This document shows, one piece after another, positions 32,031-44,164 of a stretch of 64,000 nt of DNA. The stretch comes from Oopsacas minuta. Lineage: Eukaryota; Animalia; Porifera. The notes beneath the pieces were generated by a model that saw nothing but the letters and a program-made list of their open reading frames with translations, was not told where the DNA came from and searched no databases. Position 1 is the stretch's first letter. Every line of letters starts with the position of its first letter. The stretch is taken from the NCBI GenBank assembly GCA_024704765.1, contig JAKMXF010000354.1, forward strand, positions 109,690-173,689. Direction: 5' to 3'. The translations under genes were made by a program, and so were the position numbers.

Positions 32031-34657
32031 CACTACGTAACACAATTTTTGTTTGGCTTCAATTTTTGATGTTCCCTTATGCTTTTTGCGTCGCTGAATT
32101 CAAAAATCGTGTTAGTTTTTCCATATCATCAATGCTTTTTGACGTATTTACACTTTTTGCTTTTTCCGAACAAGTTGTGTTGTTCATTATATGCAAATTT
32201 ACCTACAGCTCTTGTAATAGATTTAAACACGTAGTGATGTGTTGATAAGTTAATTTGAACATGAAAATCATTACCAAACAGTACATTGCTGATTACAAGT
32301 CCTAAAGAAAACAAAACGCACTCATGTTAGAGAGTTAAAATACTTCAAAAATGAACTGTTGAACGAGCTTTCTTTTGTGACCAGAAATGTCTTCCCTTAT
32401 CAAAAACCACATGTAATCGCCCATCATTGCACTGTCCCAGCGGCCCTGATACCGTCTTTCCATTAGCTGAATATCTTGGTGAAATCTCTCGCCATGTTCC
32501 TCGCTGAAATCCCCCAAATTTTCTTGAAAGAAGTCAAGATGAGAGCATAGAAAATGAAGTTTCAACGACATGCGACATCCCATCTTTTGGTAGCTTGTGA
32601 TCAGAGTATTCACTATCTCTTCATAATTAGGATCTTTGTTATTTCCTAAAAAGCCATTAACTACATCACGAAATGCCTGCCATGCTTTTCTTTCTGTTTC
32701 GGTCATTTTACCCTCCAGGGTTCTTGACTTTAACATGGTGGTTATTTGGGGGCCAACAAATATTCCTCCCTTTAGTTTAGCATCTGATAATTTTGGAAAC
32801 ATTGCACGGATTTCTTGAAAAGCTTCTCCTTCAAAATCCAAAGCTTTAACAAATTGCTTTACTAAACCTAGTTTTATATGAAGAGGTGGTAGTAAAACTT
32901 TTTCCCGGCATACAAGTGGCTCTTTGATGACATTGTACTTTCCTGGCATTAATTCTTTTCTTGGCGGCCATTGAATCTTCGAGTAGTGCTCTCCATCAGC
33001 TCTGCTGTTCCACAAACAAAGAAAACATGAGTATTTGGTGTAACCACCCTGCAGTCCCAACAAAAACCCCAACATCTTAAAATCACCACAGAGCTGCCAG
33101 TTAAATTCAGCATAGTTTATTTTAAGCAGTAGTTGCTTGACATTTTCATAGTCTTCTTTCATTTGTATTGAATAAGCAAGTGGAATTGACGGATATTTGT
33201 TCCCATTATGAAGTAAAACTCCTTTAAGACTTTTGGTGGAACTGTCAATAAAAAGTCGCCACTGAGAAGGGTCATGTTCAATTCCAACAGCATCAAACAA
33301 ACCATTCACATCTTTGCAATAGCACAGATCCTGTATTACATCAAAGTAAACAGAATAGTCCAAGTGCCTCTTCCTGTAAGCAGTTATTTTGCAATCATCA
33401 CGCAGCAAATTCCACTCGCTTAATCTTGACGTCAATAGCTCTGCTGCAGATTTTGTTAGTTGCAGATCTCGTATTAAGTCATCTAATTCTCTCTTAGAAG
33501 GATAATGACGATCTGCACTTGTTGATTGGAGATACTCCTCCTCAGCATCCGAAGTTTCACTTGATATCGAGTCTTCACATTCAGTATTAAACTCCAACTA
33601 AAATGACAAGAATAAAACACAAGATGCAGATTGTGGGTCACCCTTACAGCATATAAGCTAGCGTAGCCTTATATTATAAAACATAAAACTACTTACATTT
33701 GCTGGTGGTTTTGGAACTGGTAAAGTTTCACTATGAGGAACAGGTGCAATGGATGATGGTATACTTGGATAAGTCAGTGCTCTTCTTCCCTTAACCTTGC
33801 GGTACTTAGCAATATTTACCATACAAAAGTAACAATCATCATGATGGTTTTGTGGCTCTCTCCAAACTCTTGGAATAGCAAATGGCATAACTCTAGCGGA
33901 ACCCCTCAACCAAGCTTCAAGATTAGATCGACAGCTGCCACAAATCACATGTGGGGCCCAGGCCTTTTCCTGATCCCCAATGGACATCCCAAAATACAGT
34001 CTATACGCTTCCCAATACTTAGCTTCTTTTGATATTTTATTTGAAACATGTTTGTCACCAACATAATATCCACAAACATAGCAAAATGAGTCAGGTGAAT
34101 TCTTGCATTGTCTACTAGCCATTGCAATTTCTAAATTTGAAAAACACTAACTTAACGTAAGAACAACCAGCAAGTTATTTCTGCCTCTCTGCTAAAGGCA
34201 GTTATACTTATGCTTATACTAGCTGCTGGTAGCTTATAGTATTAATATAAGTAAATACTTTCCAAGTGAAGGTACTGAATAGCAAATAAACCATACGCAA
34301 GAACGAAATTTCTAAGTTTTGCAATCCTACCCCAGCCTGGAATTCTGATGCTGTTTAAGCTGTGCATTCGCAGACACTTTAAGTGTCTCCCAGAGCTTAA
34401 AAAGACAAGAGACAGTGAAGGGAGTGCAAAATGTTTGTTATCTTTATTGTTATAGCACAAAAGATTTTGATTGTGACGTACGTTTTTGCTGGGTTGGCTA
34501 AGCGTGTAACCTGCTCATATAAATAGGCTTCCTGAAAGCTAACGATCGATGATAGAAAAAAACTAATTGTATTTTCGGAATCAGCGCCTCAAAATTATCC
34601 ATAAACAATCAAAATATCAAGCCAAACAAAGATTTCATAAAAATTTGTTACGTAGTG
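32031..34657 (-). mobile_element. Full-length Chapaev3-type (CMC superfamily) DNA transposon
   Basis: TTA|CACTACGTAACA ... TGTTACGTAGTG|TTA: perfect 12-bp TIR, about 110 bp of imperfect subterminal similarity, 3-bp TTA duplication. CAC...GTG ends with a TWA TSD are characteristic of Chapaev3. Confidence 0.85.
32335..34122 (-). CDS. Chapaev-type DDE transposase, 562 aa; exons 34122-33697 and 33597-32335
   Basis: A 99-bp phase-0 GT..AG intron joins the Cys-rich N-terminus (CKNSPDSFCYVCG, PHVIC..C, HHDDCYFC) to the catalytic core (FIDSS, CGDFK, PPLHIKLG, EHGERFHQ) with no stop. Confidence 0.88.
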
Positions 34658-35089
34658 TTATGCCCGTCCGTCTGCATGGCCGTACGAAATCTAGCAGTTC
34701 AATTAACATGAGAATTGGCATACATATACATTTTGGGTAGGAGATTTGCACCTCGGGTATGAATTTTCTAAAGTGAATATTTCACACCTTTCTATGTAAA
34801 ATATAAGCTAGAAGGTTTCATCATGTTGTCAGGGCTAATTGGATGCGTAGAGTCCGATTTTGAGATTTTGAGAGCTGAAAGTTACAAATTCAGATTTATC
34901 ATATGATTAATCATATTTCACACCTTTGTGCATATTTTTTAAAATCATGCTAGAGATTTCTTTTCCAAAGTTAGACAGGGTTAATTGTAGGAAAATTAGT
35001 CGGAATTTCCATAGGATTTGAGGATAGAACATGAAGTACATTTTAGGGGATGAATGATATTGAATATCCCGAAATAATTATCAGATCCA

Positions 35090-35304
35090 CAGAACTTACC
35101 AACCCCTTTTGCAAATTTCCCTGGATTTTCGTTGCCAAATCCCTGAATTTCCAATATTTTTCCTGGATTTCACGATATTTCCCCGATTACACTCGAAAAT
35201 ATCAAGAAATATAGCAAAATTTCCCTGGATTTTCAAAATTTTCCCCTGGATTTAAAGTGAAATCCCGGGGTAATCCAGGGATCCCTGGAGGGTTGGTAAG
35301 TTTG
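35090..35304. mobile_element. MITE with internal CCCTGGATTT repeats
   Basis: CAGAACTTACCAACCC ... GGGTTGGTAAGTTTG termini, flanked by GATCCA on both sides. Confidence 0.55.
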
Positions 35305-36558
35305 GATCCAGGAGCCAAAATCAGACGGGTCTGGTGCATTGCGGCATTTACTAGGAGTCAGGGGATCCCCTTGTAAATGCCGCACGTATACGTCTTCTTC
35401 TCTTCCACGGTGTTATATATACATCGACACCATTCCTAAGATATAGATTAATACAGCCGAACCTCCGAGATCAGGACATCTTTTCTTGATTGAGGTCATT
35501 TTCTAACTCAAAAATTGCGGAATTATTAAATATTTATCAGGCGAAATTGATTGGAACGCGAATACGCATTATCCACTACACAGTCTACCCCCGTTATATC
35601 GAAGCTCAGTGACTTATTCGCTAAAAAAATTGGATTTGCTTAACTTTATTTTTGTCGAATATTAAGCGAAGTTTAAATAAATTTTACCAAATTCAATGCT
35701 GGAGGACAGTTTATGGTTTCAGTTGAAGGATTATAGTAAATCTTCTAAAATTTCGAAAATCGTCCAGATATTCAAAGCAACTTTAGCATCATGACGTCAT
35801 GCTTATCTTATATTACACTACAAATTAAAGGAAATTTTGTAAAAGAGCCCAACTTTATTTGAATAAAATTTTATACAAATAGATATTAATCATATTATTG
35901 GGTTTTCTAACTTCATTGAAATTCAATACAAAAGGTACAAATATTAAGTTTTGTTGATGAATAATGACCTCATTTATAATCGCCTCATTTACAGATCCAG
36001 ACAAGACCAGATTCAAACACGACGTATACTCCCATAAACATCAGATTTGAGTTATTACGTATAACTGTGTCCAATACTCAACAGAATGTACTGAAATAAA
36101 TATTTTAGTACTTACATAACCAATTTGGAAAACAAAATTATTTGAAATTTACAAAATATCTTAATTAGCATTTTGAATTTTTTGAATTTCTACTCCTTTT
36201 TTATCTTTCTTCGCATTTTTGATGCAGTGATGCGGCCCCTGAAATATCAACCTCGGAAGGACAGGCTTCACTCGAAAAAGATCATCTTTTCGAATTTTGC
36301 AGCTGTAATATTCCCTAAATTTCATCCTTCTCTCATTTTGTAATCGATCTACACCGACACCATTCCTAAGACAAATTAATGTAGTAAATAAGAACCTGTC
36401 ACTTTGCGAATTTCAAAATTCCTTTGTATACAGTACTCTACAGTCTAAAATCATAATAGAGAATTGGTTTCCTTATCAGGGTTTACAACTTATAACCTAT
36501 ATCGCTCAATTTATGAAGTTCTATAATATTAATCACGGAATTTTTTCTATAATACGTA

Positions 36559-36708
36559 CAGTAAACTCTCATTTTAACGAAGTGCTCGGGACCCTAGATT
36601 CACTTCGCTGAAAGCGGAGTCAAATTCAAGCTATAAGGGGTCACGAATCACTTCGTTATATTCTACTTGGTTATAACTTATAATGGAAGTTTTGACGGGA
36701 GTTTACTG
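36559..36708. mobile_element. CAGT...ACTG MITE with TA target duplication
   Basis: TA|CAGTAAACTCTC ... GGGAGTTTACTG|TA. Confidence 0.65.
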
Positions 36709-37409
36709 TATTCGCTTACCTTCTTAAAATATCACACATATTTCTGAACTCTCTGCGATCCATCACGGTTATGTCATATTTAAGTTGGTCATGAAGTATA
36801 CAATCCCAATTAACTTTTCCTTTAAATGATTCTATATTTATTTCCCAATCATCTCTCAAGTATTGAAGTATTTCTAATATACTTATATGTTTCATCCCAC
36901 ATTGTTTTGCGGTCTTTGCGTAGTTAAGACGAATGCAGCTGTTCTGGAAACGTCTGTTCTTGATCGAAGTCATTTTCTAAACCAAAAAAGGAGAATTTAT
37001 GAGTAGTTTCACCCAGAAAAATTGGTAAATTCAATTTCAAATTCGAGATAGTATGCCATAAATCCTTTCCTTAACTACGTGCAAACTGTCAGACAAACAG
37101 CCAGACAAATACACAACAATTGAGATTTAGTAACACACATATATATTCATATATCCTACCAATTTTCTAGCATTTATACGCTCTAATTGTCATTTTCAGG
37201 CCTACTTTATACTTACCCCTTCTGACATTGCTAACAAATTTTGCAGCAAATTTCATTATTGATATTTCCTCATATTTATTCCCTAATCATATTGAAAGTA
37301 TTATTAATGTATATATTTCTCACAATAGCACAATCAATATGAATCACCAGCCACATAGCCTGATTATCAATAGCATAGATTAATTCATAAAAAAATTTAT
37401 TATTTGTAG

Positions 37410-37860
37410 ACCGTCTGTGTTTCGTTATTCACAGGTAGATCAACCTAGGAATATACTGTGGGAAATGATAGACGCAAATCAGAATGAATAATCTTTATTT
37501 CGCCATTCTTTGATGCCTTAAAGTTACAGAGTATTTGTGCTTGATGGGAGTGATCTATGGATGTTTGTGTTCAATTCAGATCACGTTGTAACCGACAGAC
37601 TGATAACTCTAGGTTCTGGCACACAAACAAACTAACAAACCTTGCTGTTTCCACATAAACAGACTATAACATCATTTAGAGTGACTACAGTAATCACTGT
37701 GTATACGTATTCAATCAGGAGGGAGGACAGATACGCAAATTCGTGAAGGAAGGTCAGACTATCGGGGAGTTCATTAAACTATACGGAATAGTGCTAGACA
37801 GCACAGGACACATTATGTGTCAGAAGAAAACTAATTGTCTACAATTATTTTCAGGGGACC
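37410..37860 (+). pseudogene. NHL-repeat pseudogene fragment (not in the ORF track)
   Basis: VFVLDGSDLWMFVFNSDHVVTDRLITLGSGTQTN* ... NII*SDYSNHCVYVFNQEGGQIRKFVKEGQTIGEFIKLYGIVLDSTGHIMCQKKTNCLQLF aligns with the last blades of the 3-1130 protein. In-frame TAG at 37677 and frameshifts. Confidence 0.7.
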
Positions 37861-38564
37861 AGCTAAATACTATATATTTCTATAACTGTATTGTATTTAG
37901 TTATATTTAATGCATGTCTCTATTGTATAGCAACCTGCTTTCTCACATGAGAGGAGACGGTTTTTGAAATTTAAACTCTCCCTATAGAATTCAGGGAATT
38001 TTGCGTTATGTGACCTTTGAACGGCTTCTTGGGGTATGTCGACTGGATAGAGGTTCTTAACCATGTACAAAGAAATTCTAAAATACAATATTGAATTTAG
38101 TGCTACTATAACAAATTGAAGCACTATGTAATATGAAATTTAAAGTCAATACGCGTTAAGTACCACTGAAAATAAATTCAATTCATATAATAAGCTGTCG
38201 ACACAGATTGTGTAACTTTAGATTTCTATTTACAAATTCGAAGAACGATTCATGAATTGCTGCCTTACCGAATACAGATACTTTTTGGTTAGTAACTCCT
38301 AGGCATAACAGGCGAGCCGGCAGGTCCGACGCTCACAGGACCAATACTTTCTGTAGCTACTATATTAGTGTAGTTATCATTCAGAACCAGCAGGGCTGCT
38401 CCAGTCATTAGGAGATGACTGGACAATACCCGTAATAACTAGTCAGTACACGTACTGACTGATTTCGGGTATTGTCCGTAACATATATGTATATTGAAAT
38501 TTTGCTATTCATAAACTATAGAGCGTTACTTTGCTACTTGTAGCACACACATTGAAAAAGGAAT

Positions 38565-40895
38565 ATGTGTGTGAGGAGATATTTGATTGTTTTTGTCCTC
38601 TTAACTATCCTGCTTCAATCTCTATTTAACTTGTCCCACTGCGGAGAGGTATGTGATCCAGACAAAGAACTTTGTGGAGAAGAGGAAGAAACTGACTCTT
38701 GGTGGGAGAGTCCAGACAGACGGAGTCCTGCAGAGATGATTGAGCAGGAGATAAGCAAATGTACTCTTCTGATAAATATGGGCAGACATCTAGAAGCGAT
38801 TGGTTTATTAACAAGTCTCATACAAGTTCATCCTGGCTTCTTCCAGCCTTATGTAGCACGAGGTAGCGCATATGCTCTAGAAAAATATTTTGATGAAGCT
38901 CTTGCTGACATGACTCGAGCTATCGAGCTAAATCCGACCTACGTAGATTCTTGGATCAGACGTGGTCAGATACGAGCAGCAATGGGGAACACTGAAGGAT
39001 CAATAGCTGACTTAAAACAGGCAAGGATTATTTCTGAGGTTGAGAAGAGTACCGGTAATACAGAGACTATGCTATCACTAGAATACGGTCAGTATGAGTA
39101 CAGTAAGAAGAATTTCAGTGGAGCTGTTTCTATATTTAAGAATGCATTAGCAAACTCTAAAGAAGACAGTACACTTAACAAAATGGTTAGATACCATTTA
39201 GCTAAGACTTATCTCGAGTTAGGTGAAATATACAAGGCGAAAAGTTTACTGGATATTGTCCTAAAGTTGGACCCTAACTTTCTTCCAGCCCTGAGTGAGA
39301 TGGGACAGGTAATGAAGGAGTTTAACCGGTTTAAAGAAGCAGATAGATATTTCATTTCAGTTATTGACTTGGCATCAGAACGACCAGAAGATACACTGAT
39401 AAATCAAAAACAGGTATTACTCATGACTCATCTGAGGATAGCCAGATTCCGTCACTGGGCTGGAGAGCTTGCGTTAACTGTTGAGAGTACCAAGGCTGCA
39501 ATAGACGACCACACAGGACCAGCACTAATAGAGATGTCCTATTACCTTGGAGGTGCTTATCACGGACTAGGGGAATTTCATCAAGCCCTGAGTGGTTATG
39601 AAAGAGGTTTATCTGAAAGTCCTACACATTTCATATACTATCTTAACGAGGTATGCAAACAACATCAAATATACTTTGATACTCCTCTTACTGATTACTA
39701 TTGGGATGCTCTCTTCTCTCCTCAGTTCAAAGAGTGTTACGGTATGCGTAGAGATACAGATGAATGTTTACCTAAGAGCTATGTGCCTCTTCCCCTGTCT
39801 ACTGTAGCCTCGTTAAATCTCAAAAACACTCTCACTCCTAATCAAACAGAGCTTCTTACCCTAGCTAAGAGACTAGGTACTAAGATTCTATATAACACGC
39901 CAGGATTCGTGACTAACCGTAAACAGATAATATCCTCCGGGTTAGCTATGCTGCAATCTGCTCAGGTAATGCATAGGATAATTAAAGGGGAGTCTATACG
40001 TGTTACCGGGAAGTCAAGCAGTCATAATAGAGTACCGCACTCGTTCGGTTGGAGAGATTTCTTTGATATTTTAGTCCGCTGGAGACAAGCAGTGGAGCCT
40101 TTAGATCCTGTTTGGTGGATTGATGGTCTTACCCCTGAGAGTTTTAAGAAGGGATATGGTACTACAACTCCTCTGATAATTGGTGATAAGAAGAACATTC
40201 GATATTTCCCCTACTTCAATTCTGTATTCAATCTACTCAAATACCTCGTACCGCTACAAGTTAAATTGGATGATGAGCAAGTATACCGGATTATCACATC
40301 TAAAACTCTACACGAAGTGCATGTAGCTATGGGATCTGATGTATCAGTACTCTCTCCTTGTTTCTCATCCGTCTCTCCAGGTGCAGTCATGGATGGTAGT
40401 CGTATAAGCTTGTATTATTCTAAGGAAGAGTCTGGATATATGTTTGAGGTATCAACTTCAGCTGTTCCTCCCAGATGGAAATTATTTAACTTAGAGCTAC
40501 AGAGTGCTTTTCAAAACATAACCTATGAAGGCCCTGGAGTGGTTACACGAGGTGATGCCCTCAGTCTCTCTTTAACATTTGCTTATTATTGGTTCCAATT
40601 CATGCCTCTATCAAGAGGATCTGCTGCTATTGGTGTACAAACTATTAATTCTATTCTGTTAGCATTCGGCTATGAATACAGAGCTGCTATACCTAAAGGT
40701 ATACAGATAGACTGGGAAGCTATGGTGAGCTCTAGACCGGAAGATTTTATGCATTCACTTTCTTCCTGGCTGAAGCCTGAATATCTTGAGGAGTTAGGTT
40801 ATGACTTGATGACAGATATCCCTAATGTTGAAGATAGCATTGCTAGTCTCAGAGATATGTTCTCAATGGTTAATTCTGGTATGGTGCTCAACTGA
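38565..40895 (+). CDS. TTC13: Tetratricopeptide repeat protein 13
   Basis: N-terminal signal/anchor, TPR array, C-terminal RWRQ..EP.DPVWW and YYWFQFMPLSRGSAA...IPKGIQIDWEA motifs. Confidence 0.85.
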   Translation: MCVRRYLIVFVLLTILLQSLFNLSHCGEVCDPDKELCGEEEETDSWWESPDRRSPAEMIEQEISKCTLLINMGRHLEAIGLLTSLIQVHPGFFQPYVARGSAYALEKYFDEALADMTRAIELNPTYVDSWIRRGQIRAAMGNTEGSIADLKQARIISEVEKSTGNTETMLSLEYGQYEYSKKNFSGAVSIFKNALANSKEDSTLNKMVRYHLAKTYLELGEIYKAKSLLDIVLKLDPNFLPALSEMGQVMKEFNRFKEADRYFISVIDLASERPEDTLINQKQVLLMTHLRIARFRHWAGELALTVESTKAAIDDHTGPALIEMSYYLGGAYHGLGEFHQALSGYERGLSESPTHFIYYLNEVCKQHQIYFDTPLTDYYWDALFSPQFKECYGMRRDTDECLPKSYVPLPLSTVASLNLKNTLTPNQTELLTLAKRLGTKILYNTPGFVTNRKQIISSGLAMLQSAQVMHRIIKGESIRVTGKSSSHNRVPHSFGWRDFFDILVRWRQAVEPLDPVWWIDGLTPESFKKGYGTTTPLIIGDKKNIRYFPYFNSVFNLLKYLVPLQVKLDDEQVYRIITSKTLHEVHVAMGSDVSVLSPCFSSVSPGAVMDGSRISLYYSKEESGYMFEVSTSAVPPRWKLFNLELQSAFQNITYEGPGVVTRGDALSLSLTFAYYWFQFMPLSRGSAAIGVQTINSILLAFGYEYRAAIPKGIQIDWEAMVSSRPEDFMHSLSSWLKPEYLEELGYDLMTDIPNVEDSIASLRDMFSMVNSGMVLN

Positions 40896-41285
40896 TATTT
40901 ATTTATTACAGTAGTTTACTTGTGTATATTTAGCTACATAAATTGGCTGACTTTTAAATTCTTATTGTATCTATACAGTGGAGTCTCCCAAAACGGACCC
41001 TCCGAATAGCGGACAACAGCTCTACAACGGACAAGCTCGTGGAAAGAATTAAGATAATAATACTACATGTAAATATTACTAGAATAGAAGCGGATATCTC
41101 ACCTACAAAGGACAAAATCTAATCTCCAATGTATCCGTTATTGGGAGATTCCACTTAAAAGTGTCCATCTGGAACCAGGATATTTTGACCCGATAATTTA
41201 CATTCTCTAAAGCACCTTGTGATTACCATTTTATATTTGATTAATTGTATATGTTTCATCCTTAGGGGTTAAGTCACTAGATTGC

Positions 41286-42851
41286 ATGAATATAAGTAGA
41301 TTGATATATTTCAATCATATTTCATCTGCTCCACGCATACGCTTTTCATCTATATCTAAATTGAAGACCGTCATGGCTAGTCGGCTTCACAAAAGTAAAT
41401 CAGAAGATTATGAACTAGCCATAGAGAAACTCAACACATTACAATCTAACTTTTCTCTCTTGAAACTTGCTCGTAAGCAAAAGAAGGCAAATCCAGAAGC
41501 TAAGCTAAAAGATATGAGAAATTTTCTTCAACGTTGTGACATCACTAAACAACAGGCGGATTCTCTACCGATTATTCACGTGTCAGGTACACAGGGAAAA
41601 GGTTCTACTTGTGCAATGATAGAGAGTATCCTGAGGGCTCGTGGTTTGAGGACAGGGTTCTTCTCCTCTCCTCATCTGATTGAAGTGCGTGAGCGGATTC
41701 GTCTCGATGGAGAGCCTCTGTCATTCTCAGCATTCACTCATCACTTCTGGTCATGCTACAACCGGCTTATCAAGACTATGGATGAACACAATCCACAGAT
41801 GCCTTTCTACTTCGCATTCCTTACTCTGATGTCATTGGATGTATTTATTTCAGAAAGACCTGATGTATGTATTATAGAGGTTGGTATTGGAGGAGAGTAT
41901 GACTGTACTAATATATTTACAAATCCACGAGTATGTGGGGTGACGTCATTGGGATATGATCACACAGATATATTAGGAGAATCTCTTGATGAAATAGCCT
42001 GGAATAAAGCTGGTATTTTCAAATCAGGAACTCCGTGCTACGTACAGAGTTGCTCTCCTTCAGTACATCAGGTATTCCTGGAGAAAGCTAAGGAACGTGG
42101 TGTGAAGGAACTCTACTTGATACCTGCTCTATCTCCATACGGACTGCCTAGAATACCTAAGCTCTCATTACAAGGAGAGTTCCAACTAAAGAACGCTGCA
42201 CTTGCTGTTCAAATTGCTAAACGGTTCATCTCTCAGAGAGAGAAACGTCAAGTACAAATGGGAAGTATGAGACTGTTGGAGGAATGTACCCTCTCCCTAG
42301 ATGACATAACCTCTGAGGTAGAAGAAGGACTACAGAACACCAAATGGCCTGGGAGGGCACAGGTTATAGAGAAAAGTGTACCAAATTGGAAGCGAGTAGT
42401 GTTTTATCTGGATGGAGCACACACACCACAGGCATTACAGTGTGCAGTTGAATGGTTTATTCAAGCTAGACGTTCTCAGGAGCGTACATCTACATGCAAA
42501 AAGGGAATCGTATTGAATTTGACTGGGAACAGAGATCATACACTATTCTTAGAGAAAATACGTGATTTAGAAGTAGAACATGTATTTTTCTGTCCAAACA
42601 TAGCATATTCAAAACCTAACACAGCACCTGATACAGCCAGTGCAATAGCCTCTTCAGAACAACAGCTGATTAGATGTAAAGAATTGCAAAGGGAATGGAA
42701 TGAGTTGACAGGTGTGGACTTGTCGCAGTCTGTTTCTAACTTCTCAGAAGTTTATGAATCCTTGTCTGGTAGTGAAGAGGGGAGAGAGTATCATATTCTG
42801 GTCACTGGTAGTTTATATCTTGTCAGCGCAGCGCTACAGTTCTTGAGCTAA
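41286..42851 (+). CDS. FPGS: Folylpolyglutamate synthase
   Basis: IHVSGTQGKGST P-loop, GFFSSPHLIEVRERIR, EVGIGGEYDCTN, WPGRAQ, YLDGAHT, LVTGSLYLV. Confidence 0.95.
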   Translation: MNISRLIYFNHISSAPRIRFSSISKLKTVMASRLHKSKSEDYELAIEKLNTLQSNFSLLKLARKQKKANPEAKLKDMRNFLQRCDITKQQADSLPIIHVSGTQGKGSTCAMIESILRARGLRTGFFSSPHLIEVRERIRLDGEPLSFSAFTHHFWSCYNRLIKTMDEHNPQMPFYFAFLTLMSLDVFISERPDVCIIEVGIGGEYDCTNIFTNPRVCGVTSLGYDHTDILGESLDEIAWNKAGIFKSGTPCYVQSCSPSVHQVFLEKAKERGVKELYLIPALSPYGLPRIPKLSLQGEFQLKNAALAVQIAKRFISQREKRQVQMGSMRLLEECTLSLDDITSEVEEGLQNTKWPGRAQVIEKSVPNWKRVVFYLDGAHTPQALQCAVEWFIQARRSQERTSTCKKGIVLNLTGNRDHTLFLEKIRDLEVEHVFFCPNIAYSKPNTAPDTASAIASSEQQLIRCKELQREWNELTGVDLSQSVSNFSEVYESLSGSEEGREYHILVTGSLYLVSAALQFLS

Positions 42852-44164
42852 TGGCAAATCAGTGATGTCACTTACCATTAAGAATAGTAAAGTATCATAT
42901 TCAGTGTAAATCTGCAACCAGTTTTCTTATACATCATATTGCTTACAAGTTTCATCTTGGACAAGTTTTACCAGTTATGCGATCTATATCAACTTGTATA
43001 TAAATAGTTTTATTATTTAATTGCCAATTTTAGGATCGAAACAACCTGGAAACAGTTCATAGATTTTTTGTTTAAAGCCATAATCTTTATGTTTTTACTG
43101 GTCAGGGCATTTCTATACATCAATTATGTTTGAAACTATATGTACCTTATAAATGTTTCTGACACGCATTATTGGAATCGATTTGAAGACCCAATAAAAC
43201 GCGTGTTTTGATTCATCATTAATTAATATAGATCATAGTTTTCAAATCTGTTTGATGCTTGTGTTTCGTGTATACAGTGGAAACCGCCTATTAGCAACTT
43301 TATGATGGATATAGAGTGCAGTTTGTACGGTAATTAGTGTGTATAATAGAATTTCGCTTAAAAGCAGGAAAATTCTTGAAATATACGATTTGCTAACATA
43401 ATGAGCGGTTTCCTCGGTGCTGTTATAAATTTACCAATATTATATTATAAGTCATTACAGTGACATGGGAAGATGTAGATTGGTGTGGCTATATATGCAC
43501 TTTTAGGGTGAGTAGATGATGGGAGTTTTAGATAAATTTGATGTGGCAGAAGCCGCACCTCCGTCGCATCCGCATATCTGCTACAACCATGTGTTTTGTT
43601 ATCAGTTTCATAGGATTTCTTTATGCACACATTTAATTGTTATCTCTTGATTGAAGTGTGATAGCTGTCGTTAGTATATAATATAATATAATATAATCAT
43701 ATTCTAACCTGATTATATTACTGTGCTAACTATACGTAGTATTCGGGGATTCAAAATTTCGAATACTCATTGCGGCAAACTATTCAGTTGTCCAGTGAAT
43801 AACTACTTGTTCACTCAGATGGAAGGTATGTTTTGATCAACGGATGATGTGTTTTGGTCAATTCCGTTATTGCCCCCTTACTTCCATAATTATTCTTCAA
43901 GCATTTTGGATACTTGTACTCGGAACAATGGAGATTGTCCAGCAATTCCTACATAATAATTTTCGATCACATTTTCGACGGAATTTTCTATCAAATCAGG
44001 CTACTTGTTCTGAACGCCAATATCCTAAAACATTCTAATTATTGCAAACTTACCGAAAACAACATCCTGACTATTGCCAGTCTTCAAAATTCTAAGTTTC
44101 TAACTGATGACAACTTACGAATTCTGACTAATGCATTCTCCTAGCTCCTTATTAAAATCACTTC

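Noticed and set aside
43844-44144. Short ORFs possibly from a LINE reverse-transcriptase tail
   Set aside because: The resemblance is only compositional; no diagnostic RT motif is visible.
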